Shown here: positions 1 through 10,278 of the stretch, piece by piece
Layout: every line of letters starts with the position of its first letter
Position numbering within the stretch: position 1 is the stretch's first letter
Assembly: GCA_963668025.2 (NCBI GenBank)
Contig: CAXXTH010000018.1
Span: forward strand, 288,001-352,000
Source of the DNA: Candidatus Hydrogenedentota bacterium
GTDB lineage: Bacteria > Hydrogenedentota > Hydrogenedentia > Hydrogenedentales > SLHB01
Reading direction: 5' to 3'
DNA: 64,000 nucleotides
Notes under the pieces: generated by a model
What the model was told of the DNA's origin: nothing
The model's database searches: none
Seen by the model: only the letters and a program-made list of their open reading frames with translations
Made by a program: the position numbers and the translations under genes

Positions 1-340
1 AGACGGCCCTCCCTTTTTCATACTGTCCCTCAAGGCAGGCGGCTCCGGCCTCAATTTGACCGCCGCTTCGCACGTCATCCATTTTGACCGCTGGTGGAAT
101 CCCGCCGTTGAAAACCAAGCCACGGACCGCGCATTCCGCATCGGCCAGAAGCGCAATGTGCTGGTGCATAAATTTGTCACTCGAGGAACCGTCGAAGAAC
201 GCATCAGCGAGATGATTGAGGATAAAAAACAACTGGCGGAAGAAATACTAGGCGGCGGAAATGAAATCAACCTGACAGAGCTGCCGGATGAAGAATTGAT
301 GAATCTGGTCCGGCTGGATGTCTCCCGGGCGGCGATGTAA
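1..340 (+). CDS. SNF2-family helicase, C-terminal part (5' truncated by window)
   Basis: [34 protein letters not shown] = SNF2 helicase motifs V/VI. Confidence 0.93.
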   Translation, partial: DGPPFFILSLKAGGSGLNLTAASHVIHFDRWWNPAVENQATDRAFRIGQKRNVLVHKFVTRGTVEERISEMIEDKKQLAEEILGGGNEINLTELPDEELMNLVRLDVSRAAM

Positions 341-354
341 GAAAGGAAAGCGGC

Positions 355-1443
355 ATGTATTGGCGCAAATATGTACCTGTAGCGCAACGGCGCGAAAAAG
401 CCAATAAAAAAATGAACAAGATGGTGAAAAGCGGAACAGCCATCCAGCCAGTCCAGCTCGATGGGCGCACCATTGCGCGTAGTTTCTGGGGAAAAGGCTG
501 GTGCGATCACCTCGACACCTTCTCGGATTATGAAAACCGGCTGCCGCGCGGGCGCACCTATGTACGCAATGGCTCCGTATGCCATCTGGATATCCAGCAA
601 GGCTGTATCGAAGCCATGGTTATCGGTTCTGAACTCTACCACGTGAAAATTGAAATCAAGGAACTCAATAAAACCGCATGGACAGCCATCCAAGAGAAAT
701 GTGCGGGCCAGATCGGTTCGATGCTCGAACTGCTCCAGGGACGTTTATCGAGCCATGTCATGGCCATCGTGACCGATACGGAGAACGGCCTTTTCCCGCA
801 AGAAGGCGAAATCAAGTTGAAGTGCAGTTGCCCGGATTGGGCGGTGATGTGCAAGCACGTCGCCGCCGTGTTATATGGCGTAGGCAGCCGGCTCGACAAC
901 CAGCCCGAACTGCTCTTCCTCTTACGCGGTGTTGATCCAGCGGAATTGATCACGGAAGGCCTGGCGCTTCCAACCGCGACAGACGCCGGAGCCGCCGATG
1001 CGCTCGAAGAAAGCCAGCTTGGCGATATCTTCGGAATCGACCTCGACATGGAAGCCAGCGAAACGCCCCCATCGCCTGCAACCAATACAAAAACCGTACA
1101 CGCTAAAGCAACGCCAATAACAAAGGCGAAAACCAAGGCGAAGGCGAAAACAAACGGGAAGAAATCCGTGCCCGCGACCCTCAAGTCCGACGCACGCGTG
1201 AAAACACCAAGCAAAGCCGCCACGGAAAAGACGGAAACGAAAACAGATGCGCCTTGGACCGGACAATCCATTGCAGCGTTGCGGAAAAAGCTGAAACTCA
1301 CCGTATTGGAATTCGCGGAAAAACTGAGCGTATCCGCCGCAAGCGTTTCCCGCTGGGAATCGATCGACGGCCCTCTCAAACTACAGCTCGGGTCAGCAAA
1401 TGCCTTGCTTCGATTGTCTAGAAGCGCTAAGACGCGCAAGTGA
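355..1443 (+). CDS. SWIM zinc-finger protein with C-terminal XRE-like HTH
   Basis: CSCPDWAVMCKH SWIM motif; follows SNF2 gene; Lys/Ala linker then IAALRKKLKLTVLEFAEKLSVSAASVSRWE HTH. Confidence 0.88.
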   Translation: MYWRKYVPVAQRREKANKKMNKMVKSGTAIQPVQLDGRTIARSFWGKGWCDHLDTFSDYENRLPRGRTYVRNGSVCHLDIQQGCIEAMVIGSELYHVKIEIKELNKTAWTAIQEKCAGQIGSMLELLQGRLSSHVMAIVTDTENGLFPQEGEIKLKCSCPDWAVMCKHVAAVLYGVGSRLDNQPELLFLLRGVDPAELITEGLALPTATDAGAADALEESQLGDIFGIDLDMEASETPPSPATNTKTVHAKATPITKAKTKAKAKTNGKKSVPATLKSDARVKTPSKAATEKTETKTDAPWTGQSIAALRKKLKLTVLEFAEKLSVSAASVSRWESIDGPLKLQLGSANALLRLSRSAKTRK

Positions 1444-1470
1444 ATATGGAGCCTATTCAAGCCAAATCTT

Positions 1471-1510
1471 GAAACACTGTAGGGTGGGTTGCCCCACCCT
1501 ACAGTGTTTC
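1471..1510. repeat. GTAG-type REP-like perfect hairpin / bidirectional terminator
   Basis: GAAACACTGTAGGGTGGG-TTGC-CCCACCCTACAGTGTTTC between convergent genes; core recurs near 13324. Confidence 0.75.
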
Positions 1511-1575
1511 AATCATCCGCCTTCCCGCGCGTCTATTCGCGGTTTTTGTAAAAACTCTTTTGCATTATGCAGCGA

Positions 1576-3162
1576 TTAGAAACGCAGCTTCGTTTCCGCA
1601 TATAAATAATCCGCGTCCGCATCATCAAGGCCGCCATTAAATGCCAGGCCATTGAAGTCCACGAAATTGCCCGTATCGAGGCCGGAGCCCGTGAAGAAAT
1701 GGGTCCATCCCGCGCGGAAGGTGAGGTCTTCCGAGTAATGGTAGGCCGCCCATAGGCCCAGCTCCCATCCCAGTTCCTCGTCGCTGGCGGTGGTCCAGAA
1801 AGGAATGCCCGGGGCCACGGGAACGCGGAATTGGCCCAGTTTGATATATACAGGCAAATCGAATGTGGCGAGCGCGGCGAAATAGGACGCATACAAGCCC
1901 GCTTCGATGCTCTCCATCGGATGAGCGTCCACCCCAAACTTCACCGTCCAGAAATTGCTCATCTGGCCAATATCATCCAAGACAGGGCTGTAGAGCGTAT
2001 CGGAGAAAAGCCGGTTGAAGCTGACGCTGGATTCCGGGCGGCCCAACTGGAAAAACGTCGCGAAAACATCATCCCGGTTGTCCTCGCCGTCAAAGTAGGC
2101 CCCCGAGAGGAATGCCCGAGGCTGCCAGGCAATGTCGAAGGTATAGCCTATTTCCGCATCCGCGGCCCACGCGCTATATTCCGCTTCATTATCGCCATAC
2201 AGGAATGGTTTGAACAAGAAACCTGCCCGGTCCGCATTCCCAAATTGATACGCGGCATTGGCATCGAAATCGAAAGCGCCTAAGGTTCCCGAGGCGCGCA
2301 GGGCGATGGTATGGAGATTCGTGGGATCATAATCATCCAGCCCGAGGAAATTCTCGACGCCCTCGGCCCACCACACCAAATTCGTGTCGTTCAACATGCC
2401 TGCATCGCGCAGCCACACCCAGTAAGCCTCGAACAGCACATTCTCGACGGCGCTGCATGAGGCATAAAGGCCCATGAGGTCCGTGTCGCCGTCTTCTTCC
2501 GCAATCCCGGCGTCCGCGAGCTTGGCCGTAAATCCCGAGATGGAATAGGATTCCCCGGCATAAGTGAGGCGGATCGCATCGTAGGATAGCCCGGCGAATT
2601 CGGGGCGGCATGTATTGTTGCCCAGGAGCCACCCGCCTGCAAGAACCAATTCCTGGCGGCCGATTCGGGCTTCAAGCGGCAGGCCGAACAGCTCATCCAC
2701 TTCTATATAGGCTTGGTAGAGCGAAACATCGTCTTCCGCGGAATTCTGCCGCGCGTCCGCGCCCGTAATCCAATTCGAACGAAAATCCTCGCCCCACACA
2801 TCAAAGCTGTCCAGCTCGACATGCGCGGCCACCTGGTTGGTAAAATCCGCGTCTATCCGTAGAATCGTGCGCTGTTCAATTACTTTGTAATCCGCTCCGC
2901 GCTCGCTCCAGTCATAATAACTGGTGATGGCCTGCCCTCCGATGATGTCGCCAATGGGACGGCCCACGAGCCAATTGCCCGGCCAGCGAACGCCTGCGCC
3001 CGCGAAGGCGGGCTGGGTTTGCGAATTGAACGTATTACTCCAATAATTGCCCCGGATACGGAGTTCCCCGCCTACCTGGATATTTTGGAGTTCGGCATAT
3101 GCAGGCAGCGCCACGAAACAGGCTAGTATGAACAAGGATAGCATTTGAGTTTTCCGGCGCAT
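1576..3162 (-). CDS. Alginate-export family outer-membrane beta-barrel protein
   Basis: Signal peptide MRRKTQ...AYA; GGELRIRG, LYQAYIEV, RIGRQEL motifs; C-terminal Phe; GAAGGAG RBS before ATG at 3162. Confidence 0.8.
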   Translation of the reverse strand: MRRKTQMLSLFILACFVALPAYAELQNIQVGGELRIRGNYWSNTFNSQTQPAFAGAGVRWPGNWLVGRPIGDIIGGQAITSYYDWSERGADYKVIEQRTILRIDADFTNQVAAHVELDSFDVWGEDFRSNWITGADARQNSAEDDVSLYQAYIEVDELFGLPLEARIGRQELVLAGGWLLGNNTCRPEFAGLSYDAIRLTYAGESYSISGFTAKLADAGIAEEDGDTDLMGLYASCSAVENVLFEAYWVWLRDAGMLNDTNLVWWAEGVENFLGLDDYDPTNLHTIALRASGTLGAFDFDANAAYQFGNADRAGFLFKPFLYGDNEAEYSAWAADAEIGYTFDIAWQPRAFLSGAYFDGEDNRDDVFATFFQLGRPESSVSFNRLFSDTLYSPVLDDIGQMSNFWTVKFGVDAHPMESIEAGLYASYFAALATFDLPVYIKLGQFRVPVAPGIPFWTTASDEELGWELGLWAAYHYSEDLTFRAGWTHFFTGSGLDTGNFVDFNGLAFNGGLDDADADYLYAETKLRF

Positions 3163-3328
3163 GGCGATATCTCCTTCTTCCCGCCACATGACTGGGCGTT
3201 TATGCGCCTTGCGCCACGTCGCTACCCCCGGCATTCACAAGGCGCGTGCAATACGTTAAATAAACCATAACAGAGACCTCCAAAATCGTCAAGACAGATA
3301 TCTTCTGGAAATCAATGATATGGGTATT

Positions 3329-4678
3329 TTACATCGCATACTCATTCAGTTTGTTGCGCAAGGTGCGGACACTGATTCCAAGCATTTTTGCCGCATGGGT
3401 GCGGTTTTGATTGCAATGTTCGAGAGTGGTGAGGATAAGCTCCTTCTCCATTTCGCCAACGGTGGCGCCCACCGAAACGGGCATCGTATGGCTAGGCGCG
3501 GCCGCGCCCGCATCGCTCAGTGCGAAATTATTCGGCTGCAAGAGCGCCTCCTCCGACAGGACCACGGCGCGCTCGATGGCGTTTTGGAGTTCACGCACAT
3601 TGCCAGGCCAGTTATACTCGAGCAACGCCCGGCGCGCCGCTTCGCTGAAGCCTTGGACAGGCCGTGCGTTTTCCTGTGCGAAGCGCTTGAGGAAATGGCC
3701 CATCAACTCGGGGATGTCTTCTTTGCGCTCGCGCAAAGGAGGCAAATGGATAGGAATGACGTTCAGGCGGAAAAACAGATCCTGGCGGAATTTATGTTCT
3801 TGCATGGCCTGTTCGAGGTCGCGGTTAGACGTGGCGATGATGCGCGTGTCCACCTCGATGGATTGCGTGCCGCCCACGCGCTCGAATTCGCGTTCCTGGA
3901 GGGCGCGCAACAGCTTTGGCTGTAGTTCTAGGCTGATCTCACTAATCTCGTCAAGTAGCAGCGTGCCTTTGTCGGCCAGTTCGAAGCGGCCAATTTTTCG
4001 GTCCAGAGCACCCGTGAATGACCCTTTTTCATGGCCGAAGAGCTCGCTTTCGAGGAGCCCCGCCGACAGAGCGGCGCAGTTGACCTTGATAAAGGGATTC
4101 CCGGCGCGGCGGCTCGAATAATGGATGGCGCGGGCGACGAGTTCCTTGCCCGTGCCGCTCTCCCCGCGAATGAGGACCGTGGCGCGGCTGTCAGCCACTT
4201 TACGCACTTGCTCGTAGACCGCGCGCATGGCGGCGCTTTCGCCGATCATGGCGTGGAAGTCGTACGGCTGGTTGAGTGCTTCACGCAGGTAGCGATTTTC
4301 TTCCGCCAGGCGCTCGCGCTCGATGGCGCGCGAAATGGCTAGCTCAAGCTCATCGGGTGCGAATGGTTTCAGGATGTAATCATCCGCGCCTTCCTTGAGT
4401 GCGGTGACGGCGGTCTCGACCGTGCCGTAGGCGGTCATAATGATGCAATGCGTGCCGGGGCTTTCCTTGCGCAATTCCCGCAGCACCTCAAGGCCGCTCA
4501 TAGGCGTCATCTTGAGGTCCGTAACGACCAAGTCGTAATTCTTGGCGTGGAACCGCTCGACCCCCTCCCGCCCGCTCGAGGCCGTGTCCACCTCGTGGCC
4601 AGCGCGGAGCAGGGCTTCTTCGACATATTCCCGCATAATGGCTTCGTCGTCAATAACAAGGATTCGCAATTTCGGCAT
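3329..4678 (-). CDS. Sigma54-dependent response regulator (NtrC/AtoC; FlrC/FlgR-like)
   Basis: Receiver domain, GESGTGKE, ESELFGHEKGSFTGA, WPGNVREL, Fis-type HTH. Confidence 0.95.
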   Translation of the reverse strand: MPKLRILVIDDEAIMREYVEEALLRAGHEVDTASSGREGVERFHAKNYDLVVTDLKMTPMSGLEVLRELRKESPGTHCIIMTAYGTVETAVTALKEGADDYILKPFAPDELELAISRAIERERLAEENRYLREALNQPYDFHAMIGESAAMRAVYEQVRKVADSRATVLIRGESGTGKELVARAIHYSSRRAGNPFIKVNCAALSAGLLESELFGHEKGSFTGALDRKIGRFELADKGTLLLDEISEISLELQPKLLRALQEREFERVGGTQSIEVDTRIIATSNRDLEQAMQEHKFRQDLFFRLNVIPIHLPPLRERKEDIPELMGHFLKRFAQENARPVQGFSEAARRALLEYNWPGNVRELQNAIERAVVLSEEALLQPNNFALSDAGAAAPSHTMPVSVGATVGEMEKELILTTLEHCNQNRTHAAKMLGISVRTLRNKLNEYAM

Positions 4679-4707
4679 ATCCGCTCCCTAGATGATCTTT
4701 TCAGGCG

Positions 4708-5889
4708 CTATCCCATTTGGGGCAACTGCACAAACACCGTCGAGCCTTTTCCAGGTTCGCTTTCGGCGTATAGGCGTCCGCCATGGCTGTCCACAATCTT
4801 CGAGGCTACGGCCATGCCCAATCCGGTGCCCTTTTCTTTCGTGGTAAAAAACGGCGTACACATGTCTTTGAGCTGTTCAGGCGTCATGCCGCAGCCGGTA
4901 TCAGCAAATACGAAACATACGGCATTCTCTTCGGCTTCGAGCGACACCCGAACTTCGCCTTCACCTTCAATGCTTTGCACCGCATTAAGCAATACATTCA
5001 GAAACACCTGCCGCATGCGGTCCGGGTCGGCCATGATATCCACGTCGGATTGCACCGCATTTGTGATAGCCACCGGGCGGCCATCAAGCTCTAGAAAGCC
5101 CATGGCGGCGTCCACCAAATCGGCGCAACGCGCCATGCGCAGGCGCAGCTCGATGGGGCGTGTATACTCAAGCAGTTCATCCACGACGCGCTCGAGATCC
5201 CGTGCGCCTTGCAGGATTTTGTTCACGAGCCGCAACGGGGCTTCGTCATTCTTGAGATCGCGGGCGAGCAGCGCCGCGAAGCCCCGTATGCCGCCAAGAG
5301 GATTGCGGATCTCGTGGGCCACCGTAGCCGCCATTTCGCCGATGGCGGCAAGGCGGTCTTTGCGGCGGACTTGCTTGCGCAAATCACGCACCTCGGTCAG
5401 GTCCTGGAAAACTTTCACCATGCCGATGCGCGCCGCGTCCCGGTCCGACATGGGCGAATCCCGTTCGCTCACCGTAACGCCACGCCCGTCTTTCGTACGC
5501 AGCTCCATGACACGGCGGCCCGATGGCACGAGAAATTCCCGCCCGAAAACATCGCGGAAGCGGCGTCCCATTACTTCCGGCCCGTGATATCCCAGGACGC
5601 CTGAAGCAGCCTGGTTAAATGTAGTGATAACCCCTTCGGTGTCCACGGCGATGACGCCATCGGACATGCTCTCGAGGAGCGAGTGCAGATAATCCGAGGC
5701 AAGGGCCAATGCGCGGTTTTTCTCGGCCAATTCCTGATCAAGCTCTTGGATGCGCGCTTCGAGGCGGCGATAAGATTCTTCCATGACGCGGGTAGTGCGC
5801 GTGAATTCCTCGAAGGCCATGGCTAACGCGCGCATATTTTCATCCGCGCCATTGCCGGTTTGCTCATTGGGTATTGCGGCGTCTGTCAT
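4708..5889 (-). CDS. Soluble PAS sensor histidine kinase (FlrB/FlgS-like)
   Basis: Coiled coil + PAS; H-box AHEIRNPL; N, G1 (DTGCG), F and G2 (GTGLG) boxes; no TM segment. Confidence 0.93.
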   Translation of the reverse strand: MTDAAIPNEQTGNGADENMRALAMAFEEFTRTTRVMEESYRRLEARIQELDQELAEKNRALALASDYLHSLLESMSDGVIAVDTEGVITTFNQAASGVLGYHGPEVMGRRFRDVFGREFLVPSGRRVMELRTKDGRGVTVSERDSPMSDRDAARIGMVKVFQDLTEVRDLRKQVRRKDRLAAIGEMAATVAHEIRNPLGGIRGFAALLARDLKNDEAPLRLVNKILQGARDLERVVDELLEYTRPIELRLRMARCADLVDAAMGFLELDGRPVAITNAVQSDVDIMADPDRMRQVFLNVLLNAVQSIEGEGEVRVSLEAEENAVCFVFADTGCGMTPEQLKDMCTPFFTTKEKGTGLGMAVASKIVDSHGGRLYAESEPGKGSTVFVQLPQMG

Positions 5890-5892
5890 GAT

Positions 5893-6348
5893 TCATGCTT
5901 TCCGGTCTATATAGCCGGCTTGTTTTTTTTCTGGAGAACGAAATTTATCCAGCATGTTATGGCCTTTGTGCAATCCAACTAAGCCATTTTGTATGCTGAG
6001 CATGTAACGCTTGAGATCCGAGATGCTTTTTTCCCTGGCTTGCTGCAATTGCTGGTCCAGCTCAAAAGCATGCGAGGCCAGCTCCGTGATCATGGCGCGC
6101 TCTTCCACTGCGATAGTGTCGTCTTGCCGCCACTCCCGCAAGAGCAAATCAAGTTCATGTTGGAGCCCCGCCAGTATTTTGTTGTCTTTCTCCCGGCTTG
6201 CATACAGGCCTTCCAGGACGTTTTCTTCCAGCGCCATTTGCTCGATGGAGACGCAAGCCTGAAGCATGGCTTCAAAACAAGCAATGTTGCGCTCGATACA
6301 GGCGCGCATACGCGCCACTATGCTATCTGTGTTATCCATTATGCTCAT
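5893..6348 (-). CDS. Helical protein, FlgN/FliT-like flagellar export chaperone (tentative)
   Basis: 151 aa all-helical, ends GYIDRKA as in FlgN-like proteins; operon context. Confidence 0.45.
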   Translation of the reverse strand: MSIMDNTDSIVARMRACIERNIACFEAMLQACVSIEQMALEENVLEGLYASREKDNKILAGLQHELDLLLREWRQDDTIAVEERAMITELASHAFELDQQLQQAREKSISDLKRYMLSIQNGLVGLHKGHNMLDKFRSPEKKQAGYIDRKA

Positions 6349-9300
6349 CCTGTTGCCGTGGCGGCGCTATTCGATTGCGCCGTGGCTGGTTGAGGTTCCG
6401 CCAATGGTTCCGCGGTCACGGGAAGGCCGCGCCGGAGCTGTTCCGCCCTTCCATACGCCGCTTTGATACGCGCCTGCGCCGCCCATTGGGAATCGGTCTG
6501 GCCAATGGCGTCCAGCAGTGGAATGCTTGTGGCGTAGTCCTCTGTTTCGAGCACAGCGCCCGCCCGCTGGTAGGAAGCCCATTGGGCGTCCTCATCAAAC
6601 CGGCCAGAGGCTTTTTGAGCGAGGCCATATGCGTCAGCCGCGGCGCGGAAATCCCGCCGGGCGTACAAATAATCCGCCCAGGCCAGCGCGGCGTCACGAA
6701 ACAACTCCGTGGTGCAATTGCCTGCCCGTGCGTTCGTTTCAAGCTCCATGACCATAGCCTGCGCACGGGCGGCGCGGCCCGACGCCAAGTAGGCATTTAA
6801 CAGTGCGATCTCATCCTTATCGGTCCGTTCTTCCGCATAGCGCTCATGCGCCTGCTCCATATAGGCTATGCCCTGATCGGGGCTGGCTTGCAGCAAAGCC
6901 TGGCCCGCCACATTCAAGAATGAATAGGCCAGGGCCGGGTCCAGTAGATTTGCATCCACACGCCGGGAAATGGATAAGCCTTGCTCGACTGCACCGTTCT
7001 GGATGAGGGCGGCTGCCGATTGCGCCAATAATTTCGGCTCGGTTGCCACGGCGGCCACTTCTTGATATGTTTGCTTGGCTAATTCGCTGAAACCCAAATC
7101 ATGGTACAACTCTCCAAGGGCCACCTTGACGGCAAGCTGCTGGGGCCGGCCTTCCGTTAATGTGGCCAGATCCTCCAATTCCGACAGGCTCCGCCGTATG
7201 TTCCCCCGCTCATAATCCGCCTTGGCCCGCTCGATGAGCCCTTGAAAGGCTTGGGCTGTGGTGGGATATTGAACCGACAAATGCTCGTAGACTTCCATTG
7301 CCTGATCCCATTCCCCCACTCGGCGAAAATACCGGGCGGCGTCCAGCAGCAATTGAGGTGCATTAGCGCCCGCCTCGTCGGCAGCAAGCAACGCCTGGGC
7401 CGCGCCCACAAAATCGCCTGACAGCACACGCGACGACGCAAGGCTCTGAAGCACGCTGCTATCATTCGGATACTGATGGGCGGCCAGTTGAATGAGCGAA
7501 GCGGCATCGGACCGCTTTCCTTGTTTCTCGAGCACGCTGGCAAGGCGTACATACGCCTGCGGCAGAAGGGGGCTGTCTGGCATGAAGGAAAGCAGATCGC
7601 GATACGACTGCTCCGCGCGATCAAGCTGCCCATTCGCTTCATAGGCTTGGCCTAGAAGCAAATATACTTCATCCTTGCCTTCCATGGTTGTCGAGGCCGC
7701 ATCACGGTTCTCCAGCATCGAAATGGCGGCGCCGGGATTTCCCCCATCCAATTCCATGCGCGCAAGATATACGGCTGCTTGGGCGCCTATCTTGCGGTCT
7801 GGCCTGGCCTGGGCGACTTGAGTGAACAACTCCCGCGCCTTATCTGGACGCTTCTGCAACAGAAAGGCGCGGCCGAGCAGCATGCGGGCCTCATCGGCGT
7901 AAGGCGAAGTGGGAAACTGGGCCACCAGGAGCTGAGCGAATTCCTCGGCCTCGCCGCCCCGGCCCAATTCAAGGGCAAGCCGGCTGGCCTGCACCATGAT
8001 CTTATCCCGTTCTGGCGCGGCCGGATATTGCTCAATGATCTTGCGGTAAATACTCTGCGCTGTGAGAGGCACTCCCGTTTTCACATATAAGAGCGCCTTC
8101 CATTCCATGAGTTGAGGCACGCGCGGATCAGTGGAATGATGCTCGATCACTTGATCAATGGCCGCTTGAACCACATCCGCTTCCTCTTGAGTGGCGCGCT
8201 GCGGCAATGCGGCATGCATGGCTTCGACGCGCAGGAACTCCGCATCGGCTAAAAGAGGATGCTCCCGGGGGGCTTCCGGAATAGCCCGGTCCATTTCTTT
8301 AACCACATCCGCATACGCTCGGGCTTTCATGAAGCGTTTTGCATTTTCCACCGCCACGGACAAGTCTTCCTGGCCGCCCGGCATGAGTTGTTCTATTTGC
8401 ATAGCCCCGTTTTGGTATGCGGGAAGCACGGCATACAATGCCCATCCGGCCAGAACACCAACGAAAAGCGATACCGCCAATTTGGTAATTTCATGGCGTG
8501 GAAACCCGCGAAACGGATTGGGGATCAGAGGTTTTCGGAACCGCTTTTTCTTAGCGGGCGGCACTATGGCTTCCGGCCTTTCCATAAGCTCTTCATGAGG
8601 CAAAGGCGCTTTTGGAGAAGCAATTTGCACAGTGGCTGCCTGCTCCGGCTCCACCGTTTTGCCGGGGGCCGCAAAAAGATCCTTAAATTCTTCTTTGGCG
8701 CTCGCTTCTTGGAGCAGGCTGTCTAGCAATTCTTGCGAAAGCAATGCCTCATTCGAATCATCCAGAGAAACGGAGGCATACCGGTTTTCGGAGCCAACGG
8801 CTTCCTGTTCTTCAAACGGCGCGTCAATAGCGGACTCATAGGATATTTCACCCTCGGCATCTTGCGATTCCGCTTTGAATAAGGCATCTATTTCGGACTG
8901 CTCGATTATGCCTACTGGCTTATCTGAAGGCGGCGCATACGTCCATTCGTTCGGCTCATTGGCAAAGGCCCCGCCATTTTGCACTTGGGCTATGACGGCG
9001 TCGATATCGGATTGATCGGTCATGCCGGAAGGCATGCCCTCTTTGCCTATAACCTCATCGAGATTGGACTCATCCAGTGTGATATTCGAATTGATCTCTT
9101 CTAAGGCGGCATCTAGCTCCGTATCCGTCAACGCTCTCGCGTTAAATTCTTCTATATCCTCCCGCTCATCGAATTCCGCCGAGCTGGCCTCATGCTGCCC
9201 AGGCAAGCCTTTCTCGATGAGTTCATCCAGCTCATGCTGGCTCAAAAACATATCTTCTTGATCAATCTCTTCGCCTAAAAACTCATCTAGACTGCCCGCG

Positions 9301-10070
9301 GAACCACCGTCTTTTTTGGTTTCCGCAATCAACGCTTCAATGGCGGATTGATCGAGTGAAGCGCGCTCTTGTATGGAAGCTTTTTCCTCGGCGGTTTGCA
9401 CCGGCGGCGGCGGGACAGGCGCGGATGGTTTGGCGGGCTGATGGCTTGCGAACAAATCATCCAGCTCGGATTGATCTAAAAGAGTCTCGCCGTTATCGAT
9501 GAACGGAGGCGCATCGATACGTACAGGCGGAGGACTTGGCTTGGCCGTATGAGTAGGAGCAGGAGTAGCAACCGGCGCACTCCGCGCCTGGGCGATCAAG
9601 GCATCTAGTTCCGATTGATCGAGTAGCGGCGGCACATCCGCAAGATCATCCCCCTTGGCATTGGCTGGCTCAATCGTTGGGGAAGCCTTCGGTGCAGCGC
9701 GCTGCTCGAAAAGCGCGTCAAGCTCTGCTTGGTCAAGCAGCTCCGGTTCCTTTGGCGAAGACGGTGCGGCGTTCTGAGCAAAAAGCGCGTCAAGGTCTGC
9801 TTGATCGAGCAGTTCAGGAGCTGCTTCCGGCTCTGATGGCCTCGATGAGGAAGTTTCTGAATTCAAACCGGCAATAAGGGCATCGAGATCATCCTGATCA
9901 AGCAGATCAGGTTCATTTGGCTCGGGAATCGGTGATGGGGGCGGCGCCGGTTGTGGGGCTTCCGCACGCATATGGGCGATAAGCGCATCAAGGTCCGCCT
10001 GCTCTAATAAATCATCATGCTCCTCGGAATGATTCGGCTCGCCTTTGTTTTTATCGTTTGGCTCTGTCAT
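6345..10070 (-). CDS. Single-pass membrane TPR protein with acidic N-terminal LxQxxLDAL repeats
   Basis: About 12 repeats in Pro-rich N-terminus; TM LAVSLFVGVLAGWALYAVL; many TPRs (QYP...A, YLLLGQAYE). Confidence 0.85.
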   Translation of the reverse strand: MTEPNDKNKGEPNHSEEHDDLLEQADLDALIAHMRAEAPQPAPPPSPIPEPNEPDLLDQDDLDALIAGLNSETSSSRPSEPEAAPELLDQADLDALFAQNAAPSSPKEPELLDQAELDALFEQRAAPKASPTIEPANAKGDDLADVPPLLDQSELDALIAQARSAPVATPAPTHTAKPSPPPVRIDAPPFIDNGETLLDQSELDDLFASHQPAKPSAPVPPPPVQTAEEKASIQERASLDQSAIEALIAETKKDGGSAGSLDEFLGEEIDQEDMFLSQHELDELIEKGLPGQHEASSAEFDEREDIEEFNARALTDTELDAALEEINSNITLDESNLDEVIGKEGMPSGMTDQSDIDAVIAQVQNGGAFANEPNEWTYAPPSDKPVGIIEQSEIDALFKAESQDAEGEISYESAIDAPFEEQEAVGSENRYASVSLDDSNEALLSQELLDSLLQEASAKEEFKDLFAAPGKTVEPEQAATVQIASPKAPLPHEELMERPEAIVPPAKKKRFRKPLIPNPFRGFPRHEITKLAVSLFVGVLAGWALYAVLPAYQNGAMQIEQLMPGGQEDLSVAVENAKRFMKARAYADVVKEMDRAIPEAPREHPLLADAEFLRVEAMHAALPQRATQEEADVVQAAIDQVIEHHSTDPRVPQLMEWKALLYVKTGVPLTAQSIYRKIIEQYPAAPERDKIMVQASRLALELGRGGEAEEFAQLLVAQFPTSPYADEARMLLGRAFLLQKRPDKARELFTQVAQARPDRKIGAQAAVYLARMELDGGNPGAAISMLENRDAASTTMEGKDEVYLLLGQAYEANGQLDRAEQSYRDLLSFMPDSPLLPQAYVRLASVLEKQGKRSDAASLIQLAAHQYPNDSSVLQSLASSRVLSGDFVGAAQALLAADEAGANAPQLLLDAARYFRRVGEWDQAMEVYEHLSVQYPTTAQAFQGLIERAKADYERGNIRRSLSELEDLATLTEGRPQQLAVKVALGELYHDLGFSELAKQTYQEVAAVATEPKLLAQSAAALIQNGAVEQGLSISRRVDANLLDPALAYSFLNVAGQALLQASPDQGIAYMEQAHERYAEERTDKDEIALLNAYLASGRAARAQAMVMELETNARAGNCTTELFRDAALAWADYLYARRDFRAAADAYGLAQKASGRFDEDAQWASYQRAGAVLETEDYATSIPLLDAIGQTDSQWAAQARIKAAYGRAEQLRRGLPVTAEPLAEPQPATAQSNSAATATG

Positions 10071-10278
10071 AACTCCCCTGGCAGGTCCCTATTCTCACCT
10101 CAGAGCAAAAGCATAAAAACTGCGTATCTATCTTTGTGCAAATAGTTTAGCATGGACACGCCAGCTTGGCAACAAGAAAATAGGCATTTTTTTCCGCCCA
10201 GAATCGAAAACGAAGGGAAACCTCTATACCACCAATAGACCCGGCAGTATTTTCCGTTTGCACAAACCATAGCGGTGT

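Noticed and set aside
3320-5604. Plus-strand ORFs opposite the two-component genes (and similar overlapping ORFs throughout)
   Set aside because: Shadow ORFs of high-GC coding strands, lacking RBS and motifs
10149-10164. Sigma54 promoter for the TPR operon (CTGGCGTGTCCATGCT, minus strand)
   Set aside because: GG-to-GC spacing is 9 nt rather than the required 10
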